NCBI GenBank assembly: GCA_047601445.1
Contig: JASGJH010000001.1
Location: 6,368,001 to 6,432,000, forward strand
Source: Myxococcales bacterium
GTDB lineage: Bacteria; Myxococcota_A; Polyangia; Polyangiales; DASUME01
Length of the DNA stretch: 64,000 nucleotides
Direction: 5' to 3'
Shown: one piece after another, positions 54,303 through 64,000 of the stretch
Position numbering within the stretch: position 1 is the stretch's first letter
How the letters are laid out: each line of letters starts with the position of its first letter
Notes under the pieces: model-generated
Seen by the model: the letters and a program-made list of their open reading frames with translations, nothing else
What the model was told of the DNA's origin: nothing
Databases searched by the model: none
Translations under genes and position numbers: made by a program

Positions 54303-56264
54303 CTACTTCACGCACCGCACAAAGCAACTCACGTTCTTGGCCAAGCCGTTGTAGTTCTCGCCCGTCCCGAAATTGACGACCCAGACGCTGCTTTGACCGG
54401 AGTAGACGGTCGCCGTCCAAAAGGAATCGAGAGCCGTGCCCATGAACTGCGGATCGATGGCCGGATTGGTCCGTCCGGGGTCGACCAGCGTCGAAAGTTC
54501 CTTGAGGGTAGGGAGACGCTTGCCCATGCCGGTACAATAAGTAGTGGCGGCGTCCCAGCTACGCTTGACGCCCGAGGCGGTTTGCTCCCAGGTCAGTCCG
54601 GTGCGCGTGTCGCGCAGCTCGCCATTGCCTTGCTCGTAGCGAGTACTCGGGTTTCCCGGCGTGATCCCGTCGCTGCGCACGCAACGCACGCTCGCACTCG
54701 AGCGGATTTGATAGCCCACCGTGCCAGTCAGAAACGAAACGTACCAGCCGCGACCCGAGCTGCCGTACTCCGTCGATGTCCAGAAGTCGACCGATGGCGT
54801 CTGCGTGATCCCGGTGTCGAACACGGAGCCGTCGATGGAGGGATCCACCTTCGACGTATCGAGTAGCGACTCCAGCTCGATCTTGCTCGGGAGGCGCCAG
54901 TCGTCCTTGCCCGAGAGCACCAGGTTTGCGCAGTAATTCTTGGCCTCGTCCCAGGTACACGCGTCTCCAGCTACGACCCGCTTCTGGGTGCATCCCGCAT
55001 AGGTGGCCGGAGCCGAGGAGGTCGCCCCCGGCAAGAAGCGCTCCCACATCAGGCCTGTGATCTTGTCGATGATGGTCGAAGGAGCGCTGCTCGTGTCGTA
55101 GCTTGGCGCGACGCTCGCTCCGGCACTGTCGTCCGGCATCGGCCAATCCGCGAACTGCCCGAGGCAAACGTAGCCCGGAGCGTCGGTCTGCCTGCACGGA
55201 AAAGAGGCCCCGCAACCGGCCGTCGCGCATTCGTCGATGTCCGCACAGCTCGTCGTGCCTGTCCCAGAGTAGCCGGGATCGCACTCGCAAAGGTAGGCAT
55301 CGAGACCATCCGTGCATTTCCCTCCGGGCGAGCAGGCGTTGACTGGGCAGTTATCGGGGTTGTTCGCGCAACGAGGGCCGTCGAACCCAACCGCGCACAC
55401 GCACTGGAACCCGCTCTCGTTCTGCGCGCAGGTTCCACCGTTGTCGCAACTGTCCTCATCCGTCACGTCGTCGCAGTCGTCGTTGACGCCATTGCACGTC
55501 TCCACTCCTGCCGAGACGTCTTGAGCACTGCAGACGAGTTCGTCAGCGCCCGCACATTGGTAGCTTCCCGAGCGCGCACACGCACCAAGCAGGCCGTTGT
55601 TGCAGGGGGCGTCCTTCGTGTTGGTCAACGCGTTGCAGCCACCGCATGCGTTGCGAGCGCACCCGTCCCCGTCGCCGTCGCCCTGCGTACTGGGACCGTC
55701 GCCGTCGCCAGTGCCGTCGCCGCTGCCATCGTTGCCGACGCTCCACACGGGCAGGTCGTCGCCAGGCATGGTGCCCGTCCGCACGCACTCTCCCTGGGCG
55801 TCGCATGTTAGGCACTCCGGGCCATGGCACTCGGGCGGAGCGCACACGGCATCCGCTTGACCGGTCCCGCAGACGTATAGCCACAGGTCGAGGACTCGGT
55901 GGCTCTTGCTCACGAACGATGAGACGGCTCGCGCTTGAGCGAGCGTCGCGCCATTCGCCAGGGCCTCGACCCGCACCTCGAATGGTTGGCTAGCGGCTCC
56001 TGATGAACCCGGGAGGATCGATGCCTCTGCCGGCCAGCGCACATCGGCGGACGCGACCGTCGATTCGCCGCGCGGCATCCAGTGCTCGTCGCTGAAGCGC
56101 CAGAGGGAAAAACGTAGGTCCGTGATTTGGGCCCGCAGCGCTTCGTCCTCGGCATGCAGGCGCACCGTCACTTGTGTCGGCGTCGAGTTCACTTCGGCTG
56201 GCTGACACGCTCCGACCGCGAGCAGCCAACTCACGAGACCCGTCCATCCACGAGCCCGGATCAT
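54303..56264 (-). CDS. lipoprotein with EGF-like repeats and two DUF1566 (Lcl) domains
   Basis: Lipobox VGAC; CDNGGTC...C.C..GFDGPRC, CADIDEC; DKITGLMW...WRLPSKIEL and DTRTGLTW...RLPTLKEL...FVRCVK. Confidence 0.85.
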   Translation of the reverse strand: MIRARGWTGLVSWLLAVGACQPAEVNSTPTQVTVRLHAEDEALRAQITDLRFSLWRFSDEHWMPRGESTVASADVRWPAEASILPGSSGAASQPFEVRVEALANGATLAQARAVSSFVSKSHRVLDLWLYVCGTGQADAVCAPPECHGPECLTCDAQGECVRTGTMPGDDLPVWSVGNDGSGDGTGDGDGPSTQGDGDGDGCARNACGGCNALTNTKDAPCNNGLLGACARSGSYQCAGADELVCSAQDVSAGVETCNGVNDDCDDVTDEDSCDNGGTCAQNESGFQCVCAVGFDGPRCANNPDNCPVNACSPGGKCTDGLDAYLCECDPGYSGTGTTSCADIDECATAGCGASFPCRQTDAPGYVCLGQFADWPMPDDSAGASVAPSYDTSSAPSTIIDKITGLMWERFLPGATSSAPATYAGCTQKRVVAGDACTWDEAKNYCANLVLSGKDDWRLPSKIELESLLDTSKVDPSIDGSVFDTGITQTPSVDFWTSTEYGSSGRGWYVSFLTGTVGYQIRSSASVRCVRSDGITPGNPSTRYEQGNGELRDTRTGLTWEQTASGVKRSWDAATTYCTGMGKRLPTLKELSTLVDPGRTNPAIDPQFMGTALDSFWTATVYSGQSSVWVVNFGTGENYNGLAKNVSCFVRCVK

Positions 56265-57064
56265 CACCGGCCCCCGAGAGCGAACAACGTGACTCCGGTC
56301 GCGTTGGGACCGCGCTGAGGCTCCGCAGACTGGACGCTGTGGTCGCGCAGCAAGAGCGTGGTCGCGACCACTCCGCCTGCGACGGCCAGCCCGAGCCCGG
56401 TCCAAAACAACCAGCGCTTGTAGACTGGTCGGGGCCCAGCCTGCTCGTCTGCGGACGAGCTGGGAGGCAGCGGCATGGGAGTGATCGAAGCGTTCAATTG
56501 CAACTCCTCCCTTTTCTGCAGCTTGACGCTGAGCTCGACGCGCTTTCCGCCTTCGATGCGGACCGTGTGCGTTTGAGAGAGGTACCCATCGGACTCCGTC
56601 TGCAGCGTGTGCTCGCCGATCTCGAGCACCAAGATCCCGCCGTTCTCGTGCCGATCGATCGCGGTGCCGCCCACTCGCACCGAAGCTTCCGACGGCTCGA
56701 TCTCCAGTTTCAGCTCACCGAGGTAGCTGCGCGTCCGCGCCAGTAGCTCGACGACATCGGCGCGCATCTTGGCGTCCAGCGGGCGGACGGTGGAGGCCAA
56801 GCATTCTTCCAGAAGGCCGACCGCGACCTTGTAGTTTCGCAGTTCGAACTCGACGAGCCCGAGGCCTCGCAGGGAGCGTGCGCTGGGAAATAGCGCATGA
56901 GCTTTTGCGAACTCTTCGCGAGCCTCGGCAAAGTTGCCGGCGTTGAGCTCCGTCACGGCGTTTGAGATGGCCCGCGTGTAGCCGGGTGGCGGCTTGTCAT
57001 CGGGCTCGGCGCGGGTGACCGTCGCTACGCAAAGTATGGCCGACAACAGTAACCACCAGCGCAT
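56264..57064 (-). CDS. TPR + PEGA domain membrane protein
   Basis: Signal peptide, EAREEF..A..L.PSARSLRGLG (TPR), IEPSEASVRV (PEGA), PVYKRWLFWTG TM anchor. Confidence 0.8.
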   Translation of the reverse strand: MRWWLLLSAILCVATVTRAEPDDKPPPGYTRAISNAVTELNAGNFAEAREEFAKAHALFPSARSLRGLGLVEFELRNYKVAVGLLEECLASTVRPLDAKMRADVVELLARTRSYLGELKLEIEPSEASVRVGGTAIDRHENGGILVLEIGEHTLQTESDGYLSQTHTVRIEGGKRVELSVKLQKREELQLNASITPMPLPPSSSADEQAGPRPVYKRWLFWTGLGLAVAGGVVATTLLLRDHSVQSAEPQRGPNATGVTLFALGGR

Positions 57065-57238
57065 CCTCGTCCCCTCGCCGCAGCTGCCCACGCTAGCACC
57101 CTTGAGATGGGATTGGGTTGGCCTCACCCTGACTCGAGCTCAGTTAGGCGGTGCTGGGGCGAGCTGCAGCGGACCAACACCAATCCGCCTGGGGTCCGAG
57201 TTGATCAACCCGAGCACGGTGCGTGGGCTGACGTTCTT

Positions 57239-58510
57239 CTACCCCATCGAAACGATGTCCCCGAAGCTGCAGTGAAACCTAGGGGCCTTTCCCTTGGTGA
57301 GCACCCAGAGCACGTTGATCCCATGGGGGGCCTGCTCCGGCGTGGGTCCATCGCCGTCGGTGAAATACACGACCCCGTCCGCTCCGAGGCTGCGTAGCAG
57401 GCTGGGCTCGAAGACGGGGCGGAGGTCGGTGCCGCCGCGGCCCTCGACGTGCTCGAGCCGGCCTCGAAACGGGTAACTACGCGTGATCTTGACGTCGCAC
57501 TCCACCACATGGAGGCGCGCGTGCTCGCTGATCCGCGACAGCTGGCGCGCCACCTCGCTGAGCTCGTCTTCGGTCATGCTCATGGAGGTGTCGATGGCGA
57601 TGATCAAAAGAGGTCTCAACACCGTGCGCCGTTGATAGGCGCGCCCGGGCACTTCGCCGATGCGCCCGGGAAATCTCCGATTGGGGCGCGACCAGGTGTG
57701 CATCGGCGCCCGCGCCTGGGCCACGAAGTTGCGCAGTGCCTCGCGCCAGTCGATGGCGACCTTGGGCGGCAGCTGGGTCCCCCCGAGCTGCGCCAGCAAC
57801 TGGTCCGGGCTGCGGCCCGCGAGGCGCGCGTGCTGCGGCTGCTTCACCTTCACGCGCTCGGCATCGTCGGCTCCCTGGTCGCGCACGCGCTGCAGCAATT
57901 CGCGGGTCTCCTGGATGCCACCGGGTGGAGGACTCGCCTGCTCTTGCCACGCGTGGGGATCGACCTGGTGGGTGTCGCGCTGGGGCTTCGGCTCCTGGCC
58001 CTCCGCCCGCGCCTTGCACAAGAGCTCGTAGCGCTCGAGGGTGCTCTGTCCGGGACGAACTCCGAAGCGCTCGAAGTGCTTCACCAACACCGGCTCCGGC
58101 AGGGGCTCTTCGATGTGTTCGTTGGCGCTCATCTCCTGCGCCATCTGCATCAGGTCGCGCTGATCGACCCCAAAGAACTTGGGGTGCGCCAAATGTCCGA
58201 GCACGATGTGGTGGACCTCGTGCAAGAGCAGCCCGCGCAAAAACCGCGGATCCCGCTGCAACGCTTCGATGTTCACGTGCAGGTAGTAGCGCCCCGCGCG
58301 CGCACTGCTTCCACCGGTCGTGCGTGTCAGTGTGGGGACCAACGACACGCCCATCAGCGGAACGCTCGGGTCGGCCACCGGCTCGAGCTCGGCCAGCACA
58401 TAGGCATAGTAGGGATAGCGCGCGAGAAAGGCCTGATCCCACACGTAGGACTCGAGCCAACCTCGCAGCTCGCTCGTCTCGAGCGTTCCACGTTGGACCG
58501 GCTTGCTCAT
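57239..58510 (-). CDS. DUF2201-type metallopeptidase + vWA-like protein
   Basis: LLHEVHH (HExxH), IDWREALR, TWSRPNRR, IDTSMSM (MIDAS), GRGGTD, YFTDG; ATGA overlap with the MoxR stop. Confidence 0.87.
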   Translation of the reverse strand: MSKPVQRGTLETSELRGWLESYVWDQAFLARYPYYAYVLAELEPVADPSVPLMGVSLVPTLTRTTGGSSARAGRYYLHVNIEALQRDPRFLRGLLLHEVHHIVLGHLAHPKFFGVDQRDLMQMAQEMSANEHIEEPLPEPVLVKHFERFGVRPGQSTLERYELLCKARAEGQEPKPQRDTHQVDPHAWQEQASPPPGGIQETRELLQRVRDQGADDAERVKVKQPQHARLAGRSPDQLLAQLGGTQLPPKVAIDWREALRNFVAQARAPMHTWSRPNRRFPGRIGEVPGRAYQRRTVLRPLLIIAIDTSMSMTEDELSEVARQLSRISEHARLHVVECDVKITRSYPFRGRLEHVEGRGGTDLRPVFEPSLLRSLGADGVVYFTDGDGPTPEQAPHGINVLWVLTKGKAPRFHCSFGDIVSMG

Positions 58511-59856
58511 GCGGGCGGCCTGATGGGCGTCACGCTGATCTTGTGCAGGGCCTCCGCCAGGGGAACGCCCCAGCGCTCGCCCACTTGCAGTAAGAAGTGT
58601 CCAATCGAGGTGCGCTGTGCGTTCGACTTGCGGAGCTCGGCGGCGTGGTTCGGCGCGAGTACGTGGTTGCGCACGGCGGTCACCAGCAGGGCGACGCGAT
58701 GACGTTTGGTGGGCTGGGACTTCCACTCTTCCACCCGCTTGTGCGCCGCGCTGCCGCCATAGTTGGTGAGCACGTCGTTCGGGCTCACGTCGAGCAGTGG
58801 GATCGCGGTGGGGTTGTGTCCGAGGGCTTCCTGCAATTTTTCGCGTTGATCCCCGGGCAGATCTGCGAACAGAGCCTCCAGGCTGGCCAACGACAGGCTG
58901 CGTTTGCCGATCAACACGCCGCACTCCGGGCCTCCCAGCACGGTGCCCATGCGCGCCACGAGTTCGTCGATGCGGTCCACGTCACCTGCGTCCTTCCACG
59001 CCTTGAGGCGGGCCGCGAAGGGACTCTTGGCCGAGTAGTCTCGGAGTAGCTCCAGGATGTCCACCTCGAGCGGGCGCGCCGAGAGCGACGAGCTGGCGCA
59101 TAGCGCCGTGACCCACACGGGAGGCAAGTAGCCAGAGAGTACGTCGCGCACGAGGTTCAGGTCCTTGAGCTCGTGGGGTTGCATGCTGCTGAGCATGCTG
59201 GCTGCATAGGTAAAGGAGCGCGGCGGCACGCTCTCGAAGATGCGCTCGTGGGCGCGCACCAGGGCGGTCACCGCCGGGTGCACTTGCTGCTGCTCGGCCC
59301 AGGCCAACCAGCTGGCCCGGTCGGGCCGCACCGGAAGCTGTAGGAAGCGCGCGCGCAGGGCGGCGTCGAGCGGCGTCACTTGGTAGTCGCCCGTCTCCGG
59401 GTTGATCGCCGCGAAGCAGGCCCATCCCTCGGGCAACGTGTACTCGTGCAAGGTGCGCGCGGTGAGCAACTGCAGCGCTGGCTGTTGAATGTAGCGCTCG
59501 GCACGGTTGAGCTCCTCCAGCATCAAGATACCGGCTCCCTCGCGCGGCAAGAAGCGCGGCAGCGCATAGCGCGTGCGGCCCTCCTCGATCACCGGCAAGC
59601 CCACCAGATCGGGCGGCTCGAGCAGCGAGAGGTCGAGCACGGTGTGGGCGATGCCGAGCTTCCTGGCGAGTTGCGCGACCAGCTCGGACTTGCCGATGCC
59701 GGTGGCACCTTCGAGCAGGACGGGGCGCCGCGCGCGATAGGCGACCTCCAGGATGGCCTCCACGCGGGGGCCGATGGGGAGGGCGTCGGAAGTGGGGTCG
59801 GCGTGACCTTTCATCACCCGCAAGGATGGGCCGACTCGCGTGCGCGGTCCACTCAC
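58507..59856 (-). CDS. MoxR-like AAA+ ATPase with helical C-terminal extension
   Basis: GATGIGKS, DLVGLP, ILMLEELNRA, AAINP, LDAALRARF. Confidence 0.88.
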   Translation of the reverse strand: MSGPRTRVGPSLRVMKGHADPTSDALPIGPRVEAILEVAYRARRPVLLEGATGIGKSELVAQLARKLGIAHTVLDLSLLEPPDLVGLPVIEEGRTRYALPRFLPREGAGILMLEELNRAERYIQQPALQLLTARTLHEYTLPEGWACFAAINPETGDYQVTPLDAALRARFLQLPVRPDRASWLAWAEQQQVHPAVTALVRAHERIFESVPPRSFTYAASMLSSMQPHELKDLNLVRDVLSGYLPPVWVTALCASSSLSARPLEVDILELLRDYSAKSPFAARLKAWKDAGDVDRIDELVARMGTVLGGPECGVLIGKRSLSLASLEALFADLPGDQREKLQEALGHNPTAIPLLDVSPNDVLTNYGGSAAHKRVEEWKSQPTKRHRVALLVTAVRNHVLAPNHAAELRKSNAQRTSIGHFLLQVGERWGVPLAEALHKISVTPIRPPA

Positions 59857-59872
59857 CGCACACGTTTGCCCG

Positions 59873-62800
59873 TCACAACAGGATCAGCTCGTCCTTGCAG
59901 TGTTTGTCGCAGCCGTCGTAGTCGTTGAGGTTGCCGTCGTCGCACTCCTCTCCGAACTCGGTCGATACATGGCCATCGCCACAGAACGCCGAGCGTCGGC
60001 AGTTTTTGTCGCAGCCGCCGTAGCCGCCGTTGTTCGTGCCGTCGTCACACTGCTCCCCGAAGGCGGTCTGCAGCTTGCCGTCGCCGCAGAAGGGCGCGAG
60101 CTTGCAACCCGGCGCGCAGCCATTGTACGGCGACATGTTGACCTTGTCGTCGCACTCCTCGCCCTGCTCGACCTGAGGCTTGCCGTCGCCGCAGCGCGGC
60201 CCGTAGCTGCAGTTCTTCTGGCAGAGGCCGTAGATACCGTCGACGTTCTCACTGCCGTGGTCGCACTGCTCGCCGCCCGCGCCATCGGTCAGGCCGTCGC
60301 CGCAGCGTGGGCCGATGGTGCAATCGGGGTTGCAGCCGTTGTAGCTGCCGTCGTTGGCGGCCGCGCCCAGGTCACAGGCTTCCTTGCCCGCGTCGGTCGT
60401 GCCGTCGCCGCAGTAAGCTCCGCGTTGCGTGCAGGCTTCGCAGCCGCCGTAGCTCGGGGATGCATTCGGGTCGGCGCCCGAGTTGTGCGACTGACATGTG
60501 CCGCCGCCGCTGGTGCACATGAGTGCGCCATCCGGCGTGCCGCAGGCTTCCATGTCCTGATCACCGTCCATGCAGAAGCTGCCCAGATCGCACAGCTCGC
60601 CGGGCGTGACCACGCCGTCGCCGCAGTAGGCGTCGCACGAGGTCTTCGAGGTGAAGAAGCCCGCCAAGGTGAGCTTGTAGTTCGATTCGATGGTGTGGCG
60701 CTCTGCCTGAAACACCGCGACTTCATAGATCCGGCCCGTGCCAGGATCTTCGAGACCCAGGTCCACTGCCGTGAGCGGGTTCGAGGTGCAGCCTGCGCGT
60801 TGGGCGCGCAAGCTGATGCACCCGTCGGCCGCGTTGTGGATGCCGCCGATGTCCACCGCAAGCTTGCCGTTGATGAACACCCACACGTCGTCGTCGCCGC
60901 GGAACGACAGCACCTCGTCGCCCTGGTACTCGAACCAGTAGCGAACCTCGCTGGTGAAATGGAAGTTCTGACCGCTGTAGGTCTCGTCGTAGAGCGGACC
61001 GCTGCTCAAGGCCGGGTCGTTGAAACCCTTGCCCGTGAGCGGGAAGAACGCGGTGGTGTCGAAGATGTACGTGTCGGCGCTGCACGCCTGGCCGTTGTAC
61101 ATCCCGCCCTGACAGACGCCGCTCACGCACTGGCCCGGCTGATTGCTGCCGACCACGGCAGGGCAGGGGGCGAGCAGCATGCGGTCGGTCACGGTCCGGT
61201 TCTGAGCCGTATCCGTGTACCAGTCATGGAAAGAGGCGTCGCTCTGGATGGACGAGCCGCTGAGGTTGGCCCGAGCGGGCTTCCCATTCACTAGCTGGGC
61301 CTGCACCATGCCCGACGCGGCCTCGATGGCGCGCTCGAAGTCGGGATGTCCGGGCTTACAGCCGGGGGTCACCGACTCATCGCAGCAATGCTCGAGGTTG
61401 CCGCAGTGGTCGATGGTGCAGGTGCTGCCGGGACAGCCGCCGGCAACCGAGCAGGCTTGGCCCTGGTTGGCGCCGCCGGCGCATCGACCCGTCGTTCCCG
61501 AGAAGACCACGAAGTCCACCGCGCGGAAATCTCGGTACACCACCGGGATGCTCACCGCGGGCGGAGGGGTTTCGGTGATCACCTGACAGCGATAGCCCGG
61601 CTCGAACGTGCACGTCTTCGAGCAGCCGTCGTTGTTGCGGGTGTTGCCGTCGTCGCACCCCTCTTCCACGCCGTCGGCACCCTTGCCGATGATGCCATCG
61701 CCACAGCTCGACTCGCATTCGCCGGCGCTGCACTTGGGCTCCGAGGTACAGAACGGGGTACAGCCGTCGCCGAGGTCGTTGTTGGGTACGGGGTTGCCCT
61801 TGCTATCGAGGGCGCCGTCGTCGCACTGCTCGAGGCCCTCGCGCACGCCGTTGCCGCAGTGGGCTACCTTGCACGCCTTGCCGGGCTCCGGGCAGAAGAA
61901 GCCCTCTTCGAGGTTGCAGTTCGCATCGCAACCGGGCGTGGCTGGAGTGTTCGGGTTTTGGTCGGCGTCGCCGCGACGGTCGTCGCACTGCTCGTTGCCC
62001 GCCACGATGCCATCGCCGCACACCGTGGTGCAGCCAAGGCCGCCCGGACAGATCCAACCATTTTCGATGGTACAGTTTGTGGAGCAGCCATCATCGTTCA
62101 GCTGGTTCGCATCGTCGCAGGCTTCGTCGGCGGTGAGCCGCCCGTTGCCGCACACGGTGAACTTGGTGCAGGCGCCACCCGCCGCCGGGCAGGTGTAGAA
62201 CGGCGCCTTGCCGCTGCAGTCGTCCAGGCAACCCGAGGGAGCGCGGGCGTCGTCGCACAGCTCGGCGCCCGCGCGGACGCCGTCGCCGCACTCGGCGGCG
62301 GAGCACGCGTCCCCGACGCACACCCAGCCCGTCTCGACCTGACAGTTGGCGTTGCAGCCATCGCCCGGCGTGTCGTTGCCGCCGTCGCAGGCTTCGCTGC
62401 CCGCCACGATGCCGTCGCCGCAGGAGCCCGCCACGCACGCCGCGCCGGGCTGTGGGCACGCCCAACCGGGCTCGAGGGCACAGGTGGCCGAGCAGCCATC
62501 GTGGTCGACGTTGTTGCCATCGTCGCAGGGCTCGCCCGGGTACTGCAGACCGTCTCCGCATTTGGGAACGCAGACACCGCCCGTGGGCGGACACAGATAG
62601 CCGAGCTCGACCTTGCAAGTGCGCGAACAACCGTCGTTCGGAAGGTTGTTGCCGTCGTCACAGGCCTCGCTCATCGCCTTGGGATCAGCGACGCCATCGC
62701 CGCAGCCCGCTGGGATGTCGCCCATGTCGGGAAGAGGCCCGCTGTCGATCTCGCCGTCTCCGTCTCCGTCCCCGTAGCTATCGCCATCTCCGTCGCCGAT

Positions 62801-62920
62801 GTCTGGCGAGGAGCCGCTGTCGCTGCCGGCGTCTTGATCCGACTCGCCGGAAGGTCCTTCCGAACCACCGCAGCCCACCAAGACAATAGCTAACACCAAC
62901 CCTGGCGCATGAATACGCAC
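59873..62920 (-). CDS. fibro-slime domain lipoprotein with myxobacterial Cys-rich (DUF4215) repeats
   Basis: Lipobox LVGC; many CGDG...E.CDDGN...DGC repeats; YRDF, HPDFE, NFHFTSE, FRGDDDVWVFING, FQAERH. Confidence 0.92.
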   Translation of the reverse strand: MRIHAPGLVLAIVLVGCGGSEGPSGESDQDAGSDSGSSPDIGDGDGDSYGDGDGDGEIDSGPLPDMGDIPAGCGDGVADPKAMSEACDDGNNLPNDGCSRTCKVELGYLCPPTGGVCVPKCGDGLQYPGEPCDDGNNVDHDGCSATCALEPGWACPQPGAACVAGSCGDGIVAGSEACDGGNDTPGDGCNANCQVETGWVCVGDACSAAECGDGVRAGAELCDDARAPSGCLDDCSGKAPFYTCPAAGGACTKFTVCGNGRLTADEACDDANQLNDDGCSTNCTIENGWICPGGLGCTTVCGDGIVAGNEQCDDRRGDADQNPNTPATPGCDANCNLEEGFFCPEPGKACKVAHCGNGVREGLEQCDDGALDSKGNPVPNNDLGDGCTPFCTSEPKCSAGECESSCGDGIIGKGADGVEEGCDDGNTRNNDGCSKTCTFEPGYRCQVITETPPPAVSIPVVYRDFRAVDFVVFSGTTGRCAGGANQGQACSVAGGCPGSTCTIDHCGNLEHCCDESVTPGCKPGHPDFERAIEAASGMVQAQLVNGKPARANLSGSSIQSDASFHDWYTDTAQNRTVTDRMLLAPCPAVVGSNQPGQCVSGVCQGGMYNGQACSADTYIFDTTAFFPLTGKGFNDPALSSGPLYDETYSGQNFHFTSEVRYWFEYQGDEVLSFRGDDDVWVFINGKLAVDIGGIHNAADGCISLRAQRAGCTSNPLTAVDLGLEDPGTGRIYEVAVFQAERHTIESNYKLTLAGFFTSKTSCDAYCGDGVVTPGELCDLGSFCMDGDQDMEACGTPDGALMCTSGGGTCQSHNSGADPNASPSYGGCEACTQRGAYCGDGTTDAGKEACDLGAAANDGSYNGCNPDCTIGPRCGDGLTDGAGGEQCDHGSENVDGIYGLCQKNCSYGPRCGDGKPQVEQGEECDDKVNMSPYNGCAPGCKLAPFCGDGKLQTAFGEQCDDGTNNGGYGGCDKNCRRSAFCGDGHVSTEFGEECDDGNLNDYDGCDKHCKDELILL

Positions 62921-63065
62921 GAGCTCGCAACCCCCGATACTTCAGAGATGCAGCAAGTCGGCTGTAGTTGCTAGGCGTGCTCAGGCGCTTTTGTGTGGAT
63001 GCGTCTGCGCGATGCTCTGCTTGCTCCTCGAACGGGGATGCTCTCGAGTGCGAGCGCGCGAGGCC

Positions 63066-63680
63066 TCAGATGGAGCGGCAGAGCACGAACCAATTGTCCT
63101 GAACCTTACCCTTGCGGATCGCGCGCCCAATGCTGACGTGGCTCGACACCGCACGCAGTGCGTCGACCATGTCGGCGTACACGAAGCGACTCAGGCGCGC
63201 GTGGTTCGAGAGCATGGGCGGCCACGACTCGGGCTTGCCACTCGGCATCCGCGTGTAGTCCACCATCACTTCGTCGCCCTCGGCGTACGCCACGTAGTAG
63301 CCGGGGCCCACGAAAGTCTCCACGAAGTCGCCGCTGCGGTTGTAGCCCCACAGCTCCTTGGCGTCGGCGCTCGGGCGGCAGAACACCTTGGCGAAGAGCG
63401 TGAACATGGCGAGCGAGTTCTTGCCGTTGTGCGGCACCTCGTGCATCGGGGCCACGGTGGGCGGCACGATGTCGTCGAGCGTGAGCTTGTAGGCGCCCTT
63501 GGCGGCCTCGAAGAGTTGTGCCTGAGCCCTGCCCGAGAGCGAGCGGATCGCACGCAGACGCTCCTCGTGGCTCTGCACGTCGAGCGCGGCGCGGATCTCC
63601 TTCAGGTCGAAGCGCCCGCTGCGCAGGGTCGTGTCGAGGTCGGGAGAAGCGGATCGAATGACTTCACTCTGCTGCGGCAT
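63066..63680 (-). CDS. conserved hypothetical protein
   Basis: Coding-like codon usage; GKNSL..F..F.K.F, WGYN, GPGYY; overlaps the end of the GMC gene. Confidence 0.65.
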   Translation of the reverse strand: MPQQSEVIRSASPDLDTTLRSGRFDLKEIRAALDVQSHEERLRAIRSLSGRAQAQLFEAAKGAYKLTLDDIVPPTVAPMHEVPHNGKNSLAMFTLFAKVFCRPSADAKELWGYNRSGDFVETFVGPGYYVAYAEGDEVMVDYTRMPSGKPESWPPMLSNHARLSRFVYADMVDALRAVSSHVSIGRAIRKGKVQDNWFVLCRSI

Positions 63681-64000
63681 GGGCCGTCTCCTGCACTTTC
63701 TTGTGCGCGTGCGACGCGCTCGTCTTGGTGAGTTGTACTCGTGAGGCCACCAGCATGGCCAGGGCCATGATCGACACCTGCGGGTTCACACCCACGGCGC
63801 TGGGGAACAAGCTCGCGTCGGCCACGTAGCAGCCCGGCAGGTCCCACAGCTGTCCGCTCGGGTCCACCACCGAGCTCTCCGCGCGGCTGCCGATCTGCGC
63901 CGTGCCCATGAGATGCACGGTGAACATGTCGAGCGTGCTCTTCTTGATGTGCTTGGTGTCGACTCGCTTGAGGTCGTCCACCGAGTGGGCCACGTGCATG
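63664..64000 (-). CDS. GMC family oxidoreductase, C-terminal part (cut by the window end)
   Basis: HLMGTA, SVVD, YVADASLFP...GVNPQVSIMALA. Confidence 0.85.
   Translation of the reverse strand, partial: MHVAHSVDDLKRVDTKHIKKSTLDMFTVHLMGTAQIGSRAESSVVDPSGQLWDLPGCYVADASLFPSAVGVNPQVSIMALAMLVASRVQLTKTSASHAHKKVQETAHAAAE

Noticed and set aside
54303..55100. Local diversity-generating retroelement
   Set aside because: No reverse transcriptase or Avd gene, and the two DUF1566 domains are not near-identical at DNA level

Overview
High-GC chromosomal segment with a myxobacterial gene content (Polyangiales/Sandaracinaceae-like by inference from its many Cys-rich lipoproteins, fibro-slime/DUF4215 protein and ECF modules). 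In order: TPP riboswitch + thiC; a DUF488-like gene; a TNFR-like Cys-repeat/RCC1 lipoprotein; a complete minus-strand Tad/Flp pilus cluster (two flp, tadE, cpaB, cpaC, cpaE, cpaF, tadB, tadC, tadD, small lipoprotein, tadG, cpaA); esterase; methyltransferase; NfeD + flotillin; an ABC exporter with lasso-type RRE (B1) and peptidase (B2) but no cyclase or precursor; an ECF sigma / membrane partner / frameshifted beta-barrel / beta-propeller module divergent from a PL3 pectate lyase; a divergent stand-alone biotin carboxylase; M48 protease; glgP; an intact IS3-family element (40867-42146, CGAT duplication) inserted in a nested palindrome that carries a 16-bp tandem array; a DTW enzyme fused to a degenerate DEDD-exonuclease-like domain; aidB; an EF-hand/ECF/anti-sigma module; B12 radical SAM; hybrid kinase; mdh; DUF1566 and PEGA proteins; MoxR AAA + vWA-metallopeptidase; fibro-slime protein; and a partial GMC oxidoreductase. 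A dispersed intergenic repeat of about 35-55 bp occurs four times. No CRISPR array, rRNA or tRNA was seen. All family calls come from motif recognition by eye; no database searches were run.
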